A DNA stretch of 64,000 nucleotides from Marsupella aquatica (lineage: Eukaryota; Plantae; Marchantiophyta). Positions 13,451 to 26,466 of this stretch are shown here, in pieces (positions within the stretch are counted from its first letter, which is position 1; the number at the start of each line of letters is the position of its first letter). The notes under the pieces are model-generated. The model saw nothing but the letters and a program-made list of their open reading frames with translations. It had not been told where the DNA came from and did no database searches. A program made the position numbers and the translations under genes. Location: contig OZ316899.1 in NCBI GenBank assembly GCA_973895155.1, positions 12,120,834 to 12,184,833 of the forward strand, given 5' to 3'.

Positions 13451-14440
13451 CCCAATTACATATAAAACCCTTACCCTATCTACACCTTACTTTACCTATA
13501 TAGGCCAACCCCCCACCCCTATAGTTATTCTAAACTTCACCCTAACCCCTAAATTGAGGCCCTTTTTTAAAACTTAAGCAAAAATTGTACCCCCTCAATT
13601 AGAACCAAATCCAACCCTATATCATGTTACACCCCAAACCAAACACTTACATTAGAAACCCAACCCCTTTAAAAAAACCACAATTAAACCCCCCAACTAA
13701 AAACCAAACCCAATCCCTTTAAAAAAACAACCACGATTCAACCCCTCAACTAAAACCAAATTCAACCCCTTTAATTACTCACAACCTAATGCAAACCTCT
13801 ACCTTGAACCCTAAGCCAAACCCATTAATTTAAACCCAACCCTTGTATTCCAACCTAACCCAAGTTTTAACCCCCTTAATTAAACCAAATACTCCTAGAT
13901 TAAAACCAAATATAAACCTAACCTTTAATTAAACCCAAACCTTTGTTAACTTATATTCTAGTTATCCTTACAACCCAAACATCCATTGACACCCCTTCCA
14001 TGTTAACTTATGGGCACTTAACATACCTTAAATGTCATTTGACAAACCTTAATAGCTGTTTGACACCCCAAAGTGTTTTCCAACCCTAAACCGATAAGAC
14101 CTGCCTCGCAAATTATTTCACAAGTTAGAGAATCTTTTTGCAAACCTACGGCCTTCGCACTTACTTCGCAAAAACAGAGACCGAGAACGATTTTTTGGGT
14201 CTTCTATGGGTTGCGATGGCCTTGCGAAGGGAATAGATTCGGAAGTGCCTCGCAAGTTGCGAGACTATTTGCAAGGGCGCGGGCTTTGCAGTTTCCCATG
14301 CGTATGTCATCGCAAACCCATTTTTGAACGGCGTAAACATCCGCGGGAGCTTGCATTCGGGCTCATTTCAGTTTTTGAGCGAGACGAGAAGGGCCGGGGT
14401 GCGTGCGACAGTATGAGGGAGACTGTGAGAGAATGGAGCT

Positions 14441-16501
14441 ATGGCTACCAGTGAGGGGAGTGGAGGGCAAGGTGGTAGTGGTAGTGGTAGTGGTAGTGGC
14501 AATGGGGGAAATCCAGAGAAAGAGAAGAATGCCTGGGCAGACTTAGTGGCCCAACATCTCAATGTTGCACAATTGGGAGAAGTGAATCTCAATTCTCCAA
14601 CAGGGCTTGCCTCTTTGAGTGCCATTCTTGGACAGGTTTTGCAAACTGGGATTGTAGCAGGACAAGCTACTAGAGAGGGGGAGGAGAGGGCTGCAGCTGA
14701 AGAGAAGGCTAGAGAGAAAAAAAAGGAAGAGAGAGGAAAGAATTAAGTTGGGAGTTGCCTCTCCTCAAGCCCTAGAGAAGCAGAAGAGAAGAGAGGAGAG
14801 AGATTCAATTCAAAAACAGAGGGAGGAGCAACATCAGAAAGAGGAAGCAAGAAAAAAACTTCCATTCATTGCCTTGGAGACGAGTGGGACTCCAACTGAG
14901 CTAGCGTATGCAGGGGCTAAGAGCACAATCAAGCAGATTATCACAAGCAATTTCTCACGAGGCATGCAGTGGGGGAAGATTGAGAAGGCAGAGCGAAAGA
15001 GGGTCATCAACCAAATCAAGGATGCATTTCGCAATGGGCCTGACATAGATGAGCAATGGTTGGCAGATAAGATTTCAAATTCTATGTCTCAAATGCGATA
15101 CCATGACAGGATGAAGATTAGAGCCCACCTGAAAGACTTGAGATCATACAGGAACTTGCGCAGACCCCTCCACTTCACCGAGGACATCTGGAATTCGTTT
15201 TACAAGATTGAGGTGCAAATTAAGGCAGCTCACGAGTTGGAAGAGTGGAAGGGCAATCTAGATCAAGCCTTGAAAGCAAAGGAGGCCGGGAAGCTCCCCC
15301 CTGACCACGACCTGAAGCCAATTGAGCAGAAGGTAGCTGAGATGCAGAAGGTGGCCGACCAGGAGGGAAAGCCATCCAAGCGTTTCACAGATGCAGCCAA
15401 ATGAGTGAAATCCACCCCCAATCCAGTCCACAAGTTGGGTCAAGGCGGGCTCCCCGGCCTCAAGTCACACTTTGTGAGTGCCTCTTGCTCCTCCCTAACC
15501 TCTCTATTCCTTTCAGAGTTGTGCAATGCAAGTGAATGACATCCCCGAATGTTCTTGCTGTTGTGCATGCTTGCTTGGTTACTAGTTTAGGGCAACTCTG
15601 ACACTTAGAATTTTTGGCAAATTTTTAGAAACTCTCGGGAACACAGTTTGCAAAGGTGTTGCGATGCACATTTGTTCGCAAACCCCTCGCAAAGTCTATC
15701 ATGGACTTTTTCCATTTCAATTTTCCGATGCCTTTGCGAACAAATGCGCATCGCAAACTCCATCGCAATGCCTTCGCAAAAAATATGGTTCGCAAGTTGC
15801 CATGCTTATAGGTTTGAAAATTTGAATTTTAAATTTTTTTGGGGTCGTGTTTAGTAGTTGAGGATTTAGGCGTCACTTGTGGCTATAGGGTATGCTTAAG
15901 GGCAAATTTAACCAATTTTAATTGGTTTTATGCATGGCAGTATCGGAGGTACAAAAGGAAGATATCAAAAAAGCATATTGAGGTGGCGATAGAGCATGGA
16001 CGAAAGTACCTCTTTGCGATGGTAGATGCCGAGTTGGCTACTGTAAGTGTCTAAGTGTGAACCATATGATTAGCATGCGAACATTGTGAGTGACCCTTTA
16101 TGTCTTGCGGAAACTAATGATATGTAATGGATGCAGGATTCGGATGAGCCTGAGGGGTCGGGTGCTGATGTGAGCAGTAGTGATGACGATGAGGGGGCTA
16201 CTCCTGGTACTAGTGGTGCTCGGGGGGGAGTAGTCGTGAGGTAGGTTCTTCCCACCGTGGTAGTGGTGGTAGTCGTGTGTCATCAGCACACGTTGATGAC
16301 CAGGGGGAGGAGGAGGACCCTGAGGAGGAGCAGGAGGGGCAGGAGGAGCCAAAGGAGCAGCAGGAGCAGAGCGCCGACGGCCATCACGCACCCGTCACCA
16401 ACAGGATCCCCGGAAGGATAAGGGCAAGAAGCCAGCCAAGAAGCCAACCAAGAGGAGCCGCAAGAGCCCATTCTAGTTATTTTGTAGAGATACATGCATG
16501 A
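14441..16501 (+). pseudogene. CACTA ORF2 (TnpA-like), multi-exon, frameshifted, divergent from the transposase
   Basis: ORFs 14441-14746 and 14748-15404 joined across a poly-A frameshift; HKLGQGG motif at ~15428 followed by a GT donor; acidic 3' exons; the 3' end is approximate. Confidence 0.65.
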
Positions 16502-18468
16502 GAGTGACTTGTCATGCCGGAGCTTAGGGTAGGAAGAGGCAGCATAGGTTTAGAAGGGCGGACCTAGCATCAGATATTTCCCCCCTCTTGTCCATGTATA
16601 GGGTTCTTTGAAGCCCTATCATTTTGTTCATGCTTTTCCATTTTATAAAACAACAATTTTGCCTTCCACATTGGGTCCCAAGGAAAACCCCTCGCAAATA
16701 ATGTATTGAATCCTCTGTGATCATAATTTTGTGAACCCTTTAAGAACTCATTTCCATCGCACAATATAAACCCCAAGGCGTCGCACTTTTTGAGTCAATT
16801 AACTTCAGAACTTCAGATCCAAATATGTCGGGTTTTTGTGATACTTCTAGGATCGCACTTTCCTAATCAAAACCGTTTACAAACTTCTGAAATCACCGGT
16901 ATCGCTCTTTGTCATACAATCCCCATCAAAACAATTGAACCAGTATCTTTCGCAAATATGATGCGATGGTAAATCCTTCTCAAATATTGACGCCCGTGCG
17001 GGACGTGTGCGTGTATGTTTGCGAACCTTATGCGACGTATAATGGATTGCACAAGTATTGAATCTTGCAAACCTCTCAGCTTTGCAGTTTGCCATGGTGT
17101 TGCGATGCCGTTGTGATGGTCCGCGTGCGAAGTTATTAGGTTCGCAAAGTGCGAAGGTGGTGCAATGCGCGTATGTTCGCAATGGCCAGAATTATGAAAA
17201 TCAGGGGCTTGTTAGTTGCGATGAGATTGTCTTCGCAAAACCGGCCGATAGTGTTGTAGTGTAATTGACAGAAGCCTTCGCAATGTATGATATGGATGAC
17301 ACAATGATGTACAATTGTTGCTAAACCATCTCTCTCAATCCACTTTTGCAAGCTCAATCCAATCTCCACCTAACTATAATTATGCTCCCTCGTCCTTTAA
17401 AGCATCTAGTGAACGTGTCTGGTTCAAAAGAATCCTTTGCCTTCCCTGCAAATTCTCTTGTCAACTCTCTCTCCTCTGTTAGCTTTTCTGGCTTTGAATC
17501 CCTCCACCGTAGTCTTCATCTTCTGTTTTGCAGCTGTCGCAGCATCTTGTTTCCTCATGGCGGCCTCCAGAGTTTGAGAGCTGGACTGCTGTGAGGTTGT
17601 GTCCCCCCTTAAGCCCTCAGTGCTATCTCTGTCACAACACGATGTCAACTAGAGTGTCGGATGGAGGTGCTCGTAGTGGCCCCACACATTAGCGGCTTCC
17701 CAGCCTCAGGTTTAAGCGACTTCAGACGCCTAGCGGCCCCTTGAATAACCAATGCACCAGGGGCTCATGTACCTTGTCTCTTGACAAAATGGAAGACCAT
17801 ACAGTCCAATATCAACTCATTCACATACTATAGTTGTCTGAGAGTAGGTTCAATGTGGACAAAGCAAGGATTGTTAGTTGTTTGTATTGATCAAAAATCT
17901 GCAAACCTCAATTAGTTGGAAGTTTGGCTTCCATCCCCATGTCTCAATCACGTTGGTCACCAACAGAGAGCAACACCTTGTTTTATTTGCAACATCCTCT
18001 TCTTACACAATGCCCTTTGGCAACTCACGACGCCGTTGGTTAATGATGTATCAACCTCCCAGATTTTGAACTGTCGCCCCATATGTTTGTTTGACTTGAA
18101 AGTTTTCTAAAGGGTAGTCTATAGTGTAGATAGCTATCCCGCAGAATCTTAGTTTTTTTGGCCTCCGTGAAGATGACCAAATAATTTGTCAAAAACCGGA
18201 TGTTTTGCAAAACTGCCGACCGGATTAGCGCATAGGCAGTATAAAATAGAAGAGGCACTCTTCATGAAATTTTAACCTACTTCCTAATTGACATTGATTT
18301 GAGTCTAGAAGTTTCCAGTAGCATCTCTTGCATATAACCTACATCTTGGCAAATGTTGAGAGTCTTTTGAGGTGCCCGAGGAGGTGCCAAAGTGCTTATT
18401 ACAAATAGATGAAAAGCGTCATCTAGTCGTAGAAGTAGAAAACCGACAAATTTCCTATTGTTAAGCAT

Positions 18469-18733
18469 TGTCGCGCCTTGGCACTTTTGATTACCCTTGG
18501 TGATTCGTGAGTACCCTAGTGTGGGGTACTCTCTCCTTCTTGACTACCCTGGTGTGGGGTACTCCCAGAGCCTCGCTAATTTCTTAATGCCGGCCATACG
18601 GCTAAGTGGCCTAGCAGCCATCTTACTAGTCTTACTAGTAAAGCGCAAATGGCAGTCTACGGTTCCGACAAAGGGTGTAGAGTGAAGCCTCTATAGTCTA
18701 GACCGCGACTCTTGGGAGTGACGGTGTGTTACA
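18469..18733. mobile_element. Possible small solo LTR (~265 bp)
   Basis: TGTCGCG...GTGTTACA termini; flanks AGCAT and AGGAT (4/5 match); internal duplication TACCCT(A/G)GTGTGGGGTACTC. Confidence 0.4.
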
Positions 18734-19515
18734 AGGATTGGGGGCAAGGTGAGTGTTTGAAAATGCAATGGACTTGAATGTAAATGCATTCCAAAGTGCG
18801 AGAGCGGGGAAAGGGTTTAAAATTCAATACTCACAACTTGAATTTGAGTCTGTGGCCATGGCAATGAGCTGCCAATTCATACAACGATGTTTTCAATCAA
18901 GCCCATGTTCAGTCCGCCACACACACACACGTAGTACTACAAAGATGTCATTTTGATAGATCTCAACTGCTCGAACTTAAAGCTATTTCTTCTGTAATTC
19001 ATTCAAATTTTCTTTCTTTTTAGCAAATGTTTTATATTTTCTCTCCTTAGTATTGTGGGGTATAACGACCGTGACAGTAAACAGTAAAAAGGAAACAGGA
19101 AACAGCAAAAACTAAACAGTAAAAATGTTCAAAAACAAGACACACAAAGATTGCCAAGATAACATGTAAGATAGAATATTCCCGATATTACTACTATCCA
19201 CATGTACATACTGGACTTGCCCCTTATGTTTATGAGACAGGATTTTGGTGCGAAGTTTACACTTTTGGTGAAGATTAAGAAGTCAACTACGCGAAATCCC
19301 ATCTGCTGTCTTCCAAACATTTAGGGTATAGGGTGTGTCAGAAACAAAGTTCATAAAACCAATGAGGATGGCAACGCAAACTCCGGCTTCCACATAGATA
19401 TTAAAGTGCGTTTATTGTGAGAAAAATATGTACAACTGACTGGGCTCGCAAAACACCAAATTTATTCATAAAAGACAGTCATTCATTACTGAAAAGCTTA
19501 ACATATTTCTGACCA

Positions 19516-19945
19516 GCTTGTCCGAGGGCAATACAATGGAAAATTCTAATTGTAAGACTAAGTCAAGAGGTAATCAACAAAAACAACCTTCGATGGCTAA
19601 AAACTCAAAACAAATTGAGAGTCCGAGGGATCATCCATCCTTCTACATTGTTGGGATGAACGACAGCCCACACAAGCGCCGGCCGCTACTCAAAACCATA
19701 TCATTCCTATCTAAAGATCCAAGATCTTCCCCTCTCAAGATCCAGGATCGCTAAACATATTGCCGACCGGCTTGTCCGAGGGTAATACAATGGAAAATCT
19801 TCACTGACGAATATGAACTCAATGTCACTAAGGCTAGAAACTCAATCCAAACTTAGAGTCCGAGGGATCGCCTCCGCGATATGACTGCCCATGTTAGCGC
19901 CGGGCGCTACTCAAAACTATGGCGTCCTTCTCAAGATCCAGGATT
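19516..19945 (+). repeat. Subterminal duplication (starts ~254 bp apart), each unit carrying a palindrome copy
   Basis: GCTTGTCCGAGGG(C/T)AATACAATGGAAAAT at ~19516 and ~19770; palindromes at 19674 and 19895. Confidence 0.75.
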
Positions 19946-21896
19946 GCACGAAGATCCACATTCATCGTCCACCCCTGCTTTCGCTCTATAGCGATCTTGC
20001 TGAAAACCAAATGTGCAAAATCGGGAATATCGTTGACTCGGAAGTCTTTGAGCTGGAACTGAGGAAGAAGGACCTGGACAATTTGTGTCATGGAAATCGA
20101 CACGCCCAAGGAACTCCGCAGTGCACACTTCAACTTCCCAATCAATATTCGCCGATGGATCTTGGGGAGTGGGATAGTGAATCGAGAAAATGTTCCTGAA
20201 ATGGTCTAGGGGGAGAATCGGGAAGCCATGGAATGTTTCGATCCCCAGGACTCATCCCTTCATCACGAGGCAAGAAAATATGATTTCAAATGTCCGATGT
20301 CTCCGTCACGACACTCTCATTGTCCACAATGGATGTGGATGAAAGATTAGTTTCCGATTGCGCCACCAACAACGGGACATGGCGCGGTGGCCTCGCGCCG
20401 CTGGCCTCATTCACAATTGGGTGTACCTCGCAGGAACCACTTTCAAGACTCAAAAACATGCTTTTTTAGTGAAAATTGACTTTTGTAACATGGAAAAAGG
20501 TTCATCATGATTTTATCTCAAGACATTTAAGTCTAATTTTTTCACAAGACTATTTTACATGGTGTAACCTACCTCACCATGTAGATACATCAAGTTTTCA
20601 ACTATTTTAAGGGATCTTGTTATTGATGGCCCTAAATAAGCCAAAATTACTAATTATTTTTGTCCTGTACATAAAGGTTTAGTGTGTGTCACTATTTAAG
20701 TTTTGAAATATAAGATTATGCTATTAATATGCATGCTTTGGTAAAATTTCATTATCTAAAATGCATTTTTTAGAATCCTTTTGAGTCCTGAAATGATGTG
20801 ACCCGTTGCGTGACAAGTCCTTTTATCAATCTTTGAAGGACATATAAGGAAAGCTTCAAAGTCTCAAATGCTAGATAGTTTAATGAATGTTACCAACCTA
20901 TAGGATGTTTATTAAGTATAGTACATCAAATTTTCTATATCATCTCATTACACCCTAAAAATGATATCCTAAAGCATAATAAACTATGGTCACTTTTGAG
21001 TGCGACGGTCCTTTTGGGTCCTCCAATTGTGAATGAGGCCCCCTACCATTACCAACGTTCGGGACTCCATGCTCCATCACTCTGGAATTAGGATGGAATG
21101 ACTCACTTTCTTCAAATGATGCGAAACGAGGAACGGGAAAGGAAAAAAGTGCTGTAAACCCAAAACTCTCTCTATGAACAACGTCCAAAAAGTTTTGGGG
21201 ATACAAAAGTGGATCTCATTCCTTGTATAGGCGTAGTTACCGGTGGGAAGGGCCCAATGCCAATGAGGAGGAAACAAATCCGATAGAATCGACAAGAATT
21301 CCAACGGTAACAATCCCTGACAACGGATCCAAAGACCTGCACAAGAGACAACTTGGCTAATGCCAGGCGCTATCAAAGTGAAACAGTAATTGTCATCACT
21401 GATGGACAAGAACATAAAAGACTAGGAAACAAACTTGGCGTTGACTGTGTCTTTTGAAAAGGCCGACAATTCAAATATATAAAAATTAAGGTTAAGGGTT
21501 TCCCATTTTTACCCCTAACGACGAGAGAAACAGTCATTTAACGGCAGTAGTCAAAGCCAACCAACGACCATTGGACAATATCTGCTGCCTATCAATAGAC
21601 TCCAACGGTAACAAGATCCGCGATACACACCTTTTTGGCTAACGCCCAACGCTAACAAAAACTCACAAAAAATTGGCTAACGCCTGGCGCTATCCAACAT
21701 AGGTCCCAAGAATTCAAAATATTCCCTCCCAATCTAGGTCGAAATAATCCAATGATTTTCTGTATAAGTCTCTAAAACTCTAGACTTATAGAGATTCCAG
21801 ATTCAATAGAACTTGAACCTCACCAAGGACGCAAATAAACCAAGAACATAGTACTTATTATATGTGGATTCTTGAAATTGGTTTACAATGAAAATT

Positions 21897-22207
21897 CTAA
21901 TCGGAGGACTCTGCCTCACTACTCTCGGACCTATCGGTAGATTCCGCCTCATCGTCCACAAACTCACTTCTACAAATGTCATCCACAAACCTCCTCACCG
22001 AAAACTTCCTATCACAACCTCTCCTTAGACGAAGGCCCTTCGTTTCCCAAGACAATGTTCGGCATCTCTCAACTTTTCTGGCCGCCTTCTCTGCGTATGA
22101 TGGAAGGATAAATGGTTTTTCTGGTGTCATCTCCAATGCTTTAGCAATCGTTTTCCAAAGGTCAAACCTTCTCCGCATATTCCACTCCGACCTGAAAGTT
22201 TTCATAG
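21897..22207 (-). CDS. Possible small third MULE ORF with acidic C-terminus, function unknown
   Basis: Open frame MYRFLISMKTF...FVDDEAESTDRSESSEAESSD directly downstream of the methyltransferase-like gene. Confidence 0.25.
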
Positions 22208-22278
22208 ATATTAAAAATCTGTACATGTAAAAATATCTTATTGAAAACAGTCGTGGATTTGGATCGGGCTTACGAGCA

Positions 22279-25200
22279 TTACTGAGAAGACTCCTCATCC
22301 TCAGATTCAGATTCTGATCCCAAAGGATTTCTCTTCTCTTCCTCGTCATCTCCAAGATCAACGACGGGAACATCTTCCTCATCAGGTTCCCCGGCAACAT
22401 CCGGCTCGCTTTCTTCAGAATCAAAGTTTAAAATTGATCTAACTCTGTCCAACTTCTCTTTCCCCTTCCTTGAGATTGTCTTTTCCGGAGTCAAAGTTGA
22501 CTTTGGCTCCAAAATGTCATCTAGCATAAATCTTGCAGCAGTCACAAACTCTCGCCGCCCTTTGACACCAATAACAAATCTACCACAATAGTCTCCCGCC
22601 ACAAATGAACTTCCCGAACAAGCGGTCCAATCAATGAAAATATCCCCATGATAGGAGATGAGCTCTATGACAGATTGCATAAACCCAACTGTGAGCCTTC
22701 CGTTTCCACAGGCCACAAGGTCTGGCATTGGATCAGTCTTTAAAGACGGAAGTCCTATAAGATTTGTAACAGAGGGATCTTTGGAGGGTGACAATGGACG
22801 AAACTTGGGGTCTTTGGGGATTGAAGTTTTGCTTGAAACACGGCCAAATATATCCAACCTCAGCGTGAAGATCTGAAAAACAAAATAATAGTGAGGTCGT
22901 GGTAAACAGTTTCAACTAGCATAGTGATACATAATATTAGCGCCTGGCGCTGGCCAAAAAGTAATGAAGATAATTCTTACCTGAGTATCAGACTTAGGTT
23001 TGTACATAGGAAACCCCATGACGACTGTATGCGAGGCAATACAGGAAAACTTATGAGATTGTTGGCATGCAGATATTACTTCCAAAATCTGATCGTACTC
23101 TCCAGTGTGAAGAATAGCCAGAAGTCCATCGTCAGAAAGGAAAGGGTCCATTGCGCTAAAAAAAGCCAATGGAAGAGAGTGGTCTTGCAAATTCCATTTG
23201 GGTACTTTTCTGTCTAGAAGAGATGGTCTCAACCCAGTTGGCAAATAGAGAAAGCCGGCATCGACACCAAATGCCCTAACTTTACCCCCTCTGATTACCC
23301 CCTTCGCACGGGATCACGACTTAACCAGATTTTTACCCCAGCTCTCAACCCGACCAACCCATGATGGCTTCTCTTCCCGCTTGAACACACTCTCGTAGAA
23401 GTCTGCCAAGGTGGACTCCACAAATGTATGTCTCAATTTATTCCCCTTGAAGTCTCCCACATTCCGTTGTAAACCAATCGCTCCAAGCGTTTCCCGCTGA
23501 GAACCCGCGGACGTAGAAACATGACGCTTCTTCTTCCTCCTTATGCTGGTTCCATCCATGGGTGGAACACTCACATCCTTAGGCGTTGCCGACCCTTCAG
23601 GCGGCTCCTCATCCTTCCCGGCACTAATTTCACGAGAGGCCTCTGGTGTTGCAGTTCCAGCATTACCAGAAACCAATCCCGCATCTGATTTTTGAGACCC
23701 TACTAAAAAACGAAATTGTGGTTAATAATAGCGCCGGGCGCTAGCCAACATTATGCTTCGACAACTAGATAGAAATAGAAAAACAAACATAGGAACTCAC
23801 TCTTTCGGGTCTCTTTATGAGATCCACTTGGGGTTGTTTCTTGCTTGGCTTTTGCTCTGGGTTTTTGACTCCTTGCAACTTGGACGACTTGGGTCTCGCA
23901 AATCCTTTGTAGCTCTATGGCCAATCGATCGATCTCTTCATTGGTTGCTTGCTTCATCTCCGACAAAATATTCCTTGGGACTATATTCTTCGATAACTTC
24001 TAGAAAGCATCTTTCTCTATATCATCAAATGGGGAACTCCACTTCTCTGTGTCAAGATACCATGGACAATGCAAGACCTCCCAGTTTGTCATCTTCCTTG
24101 GGGGAAACTTCCCTTTTGCTGGGTACATCGAGTACCCAAGAAAGTCCCCAGATGCTTCAGACCTCGAAATTACAACGGCCCACTTTTGAAAGGCACCAGG
24201 ATAGGCCCAAAAATAGGAAGGGTCACTCCTCTCCATTTTCATGTAATATCGATACAAATATCTCTTTGCTCTCTTGCGGTTGATATCACTCAAATCCTCC
24301 TTATCAGCGTACTTGGATTCCCAAATGTTGTTGAAGAACTTGGCCCTTACGGAATCACCGTACTTTCTAAAATCCTCTAAAATCACTTCCCTCAACTTCT
24401 CAAATGTCATGACCTCTCCGCCTAGTGTTGAAAGACGTTGTTCCGTGCACGAAGCCATAACTTTGTTCAAAGACGCATCTAAGAGAGCAGTGGCTATCCC
24501 CTCAATTGTATTCCAAACATGCCAGGTGTGACACCACTGCTTGACGGGGTCATCAGAAACGCCAAAGGGATGAAAAAACTGTTTCCGTAAGTCGGGAGTA
24601 CAATGAGCAACGAGAAGTGTACTTCGCAGCTTTGGATCTAATGCCGAATTGGCAGTGAACAAGCGAGCTCTATCCATCGTGCAGAATACGGCGTCAGGGA
24701 CCTTCTTGCGTTTCAACCGATCAGTAAGACTATACATTTCGGCACAAGTGTCCATGAAATCTTCAAACTCTGGGCTCAGCAAGGAAGTGAGCTTCGGTGT
24801 TTTCACGGTCCACTCCTTAGTTGCTTCCTTCATCATCTGATTGTGACAAAGACTGGTCTCTTCGACAGACCACGGTGCACCGGAATTGCTCGCCTGGGTC
24901 TTCATCACCTGGAACTGCTGCGAGTAGGACTTGATCTTATTCTCACACAGGATATAGACCAAAGCCTCCATTGGCATCTTCTTAGTAAACCAAGAACCTT
25001 TTCGGGTCCCTTTTCAAGTCTTCTTGAATTTGGCGTAATTTGCTTCGTCTATGATGGGTTTATAATATTCAAGATCATGTGCCAAAATTCTCCTGATTCT
25101 GTCCGCGTCCAGAATCCAAGAAGACTCTACAACTGCTTGCCTCGTCCTGTGAAATTCAGCATATTAGAAATAGCGCCTGGCGCTAACATAGACCCTTAAA

Positions 25201-26003
25201 CCAGAAAGAACATTCAATGCACAGATAGAAACCGAGAAATTTGAGAGTTTCAATCATTGGTGAGAGACAACTCACTGGTTCACAATGTGCATCGCTGCTT
25301 CAATCTCAATGATAGATTCCTTGTCCCCCTTGAATATTGTGCATTGCACTCGAGGATGATACTTTGGATTCTCTGGGCTCTCACTAGTAACTTGTGTCCA
25401 CAAAAATAGTCGATGATTCCCATCGAAAACTGAAAACATTTTGTCCTTGAGGACCAAGAAAGCGGGGTCTGCTTCACATTTGGCTTCAAACAATTGGTTC
25501 TCCGCAACCCAAATCGGATCCCAGGTGCTCCAAATTTCATATGTAAACAACTGTGGAGCACCTTCGGCGTTGGAAGGTTGGACAAAAAACCGCATGCCTA
25601 TGGATGAATTGTACCCATATGTCCTGAAGGAGTCCTTCAGCTTCTTGATTGATTGACTATTCCTTTGAAGAGTGCGGACGACCTCCATATGAATGAGATG
25701 GCATAACGGAATCCGCGGTGGCTCCTTCGGTAATCCATTCGCATCAACGCCAAACGACATGACATGCTTTTCTATCACATCAACCACTGATTTCTCAATA
25801 TCTTCGGCGTTCTGGACAGCAAACTCACCGACCTGCTCCATTTTTTCTTGCCCTGGTTTTGGACACGGAAGCTCTACCTGACTAAGGGGATATTGCGTAG
25901 TGGAATGAGTTATCCTTCGACTCGAAACACAACTAGAATACGACGACTCTGAAGACTGAGAATGGTTTGGTGACCCAGATCCCATTTTGTTATACTCTCC
26001 CAC
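22279..26003 (-). pseudogene. Four-exon ParB/Srx-like N-terminal domain plus beta-class N6-adenine/N4-cytosine DNA methyltransferase-like fusion (~1130 aa, 3 in-frame stops)
   Basis: Exons 26003-25276, 25146-23801, 23702-22981 and 22872-22279, all GT-AG and frame-preserving. ParB part: RIPLCHL..VVR..SIKKLKDSF..G..FSVFDGNHRL..VQCTIF..AAMHIVN. MTase part: VDAGFLYLPTG..PKWN..FLSDDGLLAI (motif IV region), then FMQSVIELISYHGDIFIDWTACSGSSFVAGDYCGRFVIGV (motif X-I region). Confidence 0.75.
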
Positions 26004-26466
26004 CCACCGTGTTGCGATGCACTCCCGTGCAAGTTGGAATCGTATGGGAGTTCAGTCAGGAATTAGTTTGGGAGTTCGGAGACACTTACTCGTGTGGAGC
26101 TCCTGTACGTCTGCGAGCAACCATACCAATGCAATTGAGGCAAATCTTCCACACCTGAAACAACTCTGGAAAGCCCGAAGTACCTTCAATGTACGGCTGT
26201 TGGAAATATTTGCGATGGCATACTCAACCGAGAAGGGTATCTAAGGTCTGGAGGACCGTTAAACGAATAAGCGTATAGAGGTCAAACTCGACAAACACCT
26301 GGAGAAGATTGGACCGTTGATTAAGTCTCAGATGGATCAACGGAGTTGTGTGAAGGTATCCGTTGAAGTTACCGTTACTAAACCCCTAAGATACAAATGG
26401 ATCCAGCCAACGAAAGAGCCACATATACCCGTTCAAGTTACCGTTGAATCATAGGTGTTCCATAGA

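Larger units (their letters stand above)
8051..17261. mobile_element. CACTA (En/Spm) DNA transposon with both ends intact, probably non-autonomous
   Basis: Left TIR CACTACTACATATTGGCCCCTTTTGCGAAG; right TIR (reverse complement) CACTACAACACTATCGGCCGGTTTTGCGAAG; 3-bp TSD TAA (8048-8050 and 17262-17264); TCGCAA/TTGCGA subterminal repeats. Confidence 0.95.

Noticed and set aside
12866-14090. Telomere or interstitial telomeric tract
   Set aside because: There is no pure (CCCTAAA)n run; the motifs sit in a ~140-bp unit inside a TIR-bounded CACTA element
17262-18460. Short ORFs between the CACTA and the MULE
   Set aside because: No recognisable domain or element boundaries
20430-21012. AT-rich segment with partial inverted repeats, possibly nested MITEs
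   Set aside because: The TIR matches are weak and no TSD could be defined
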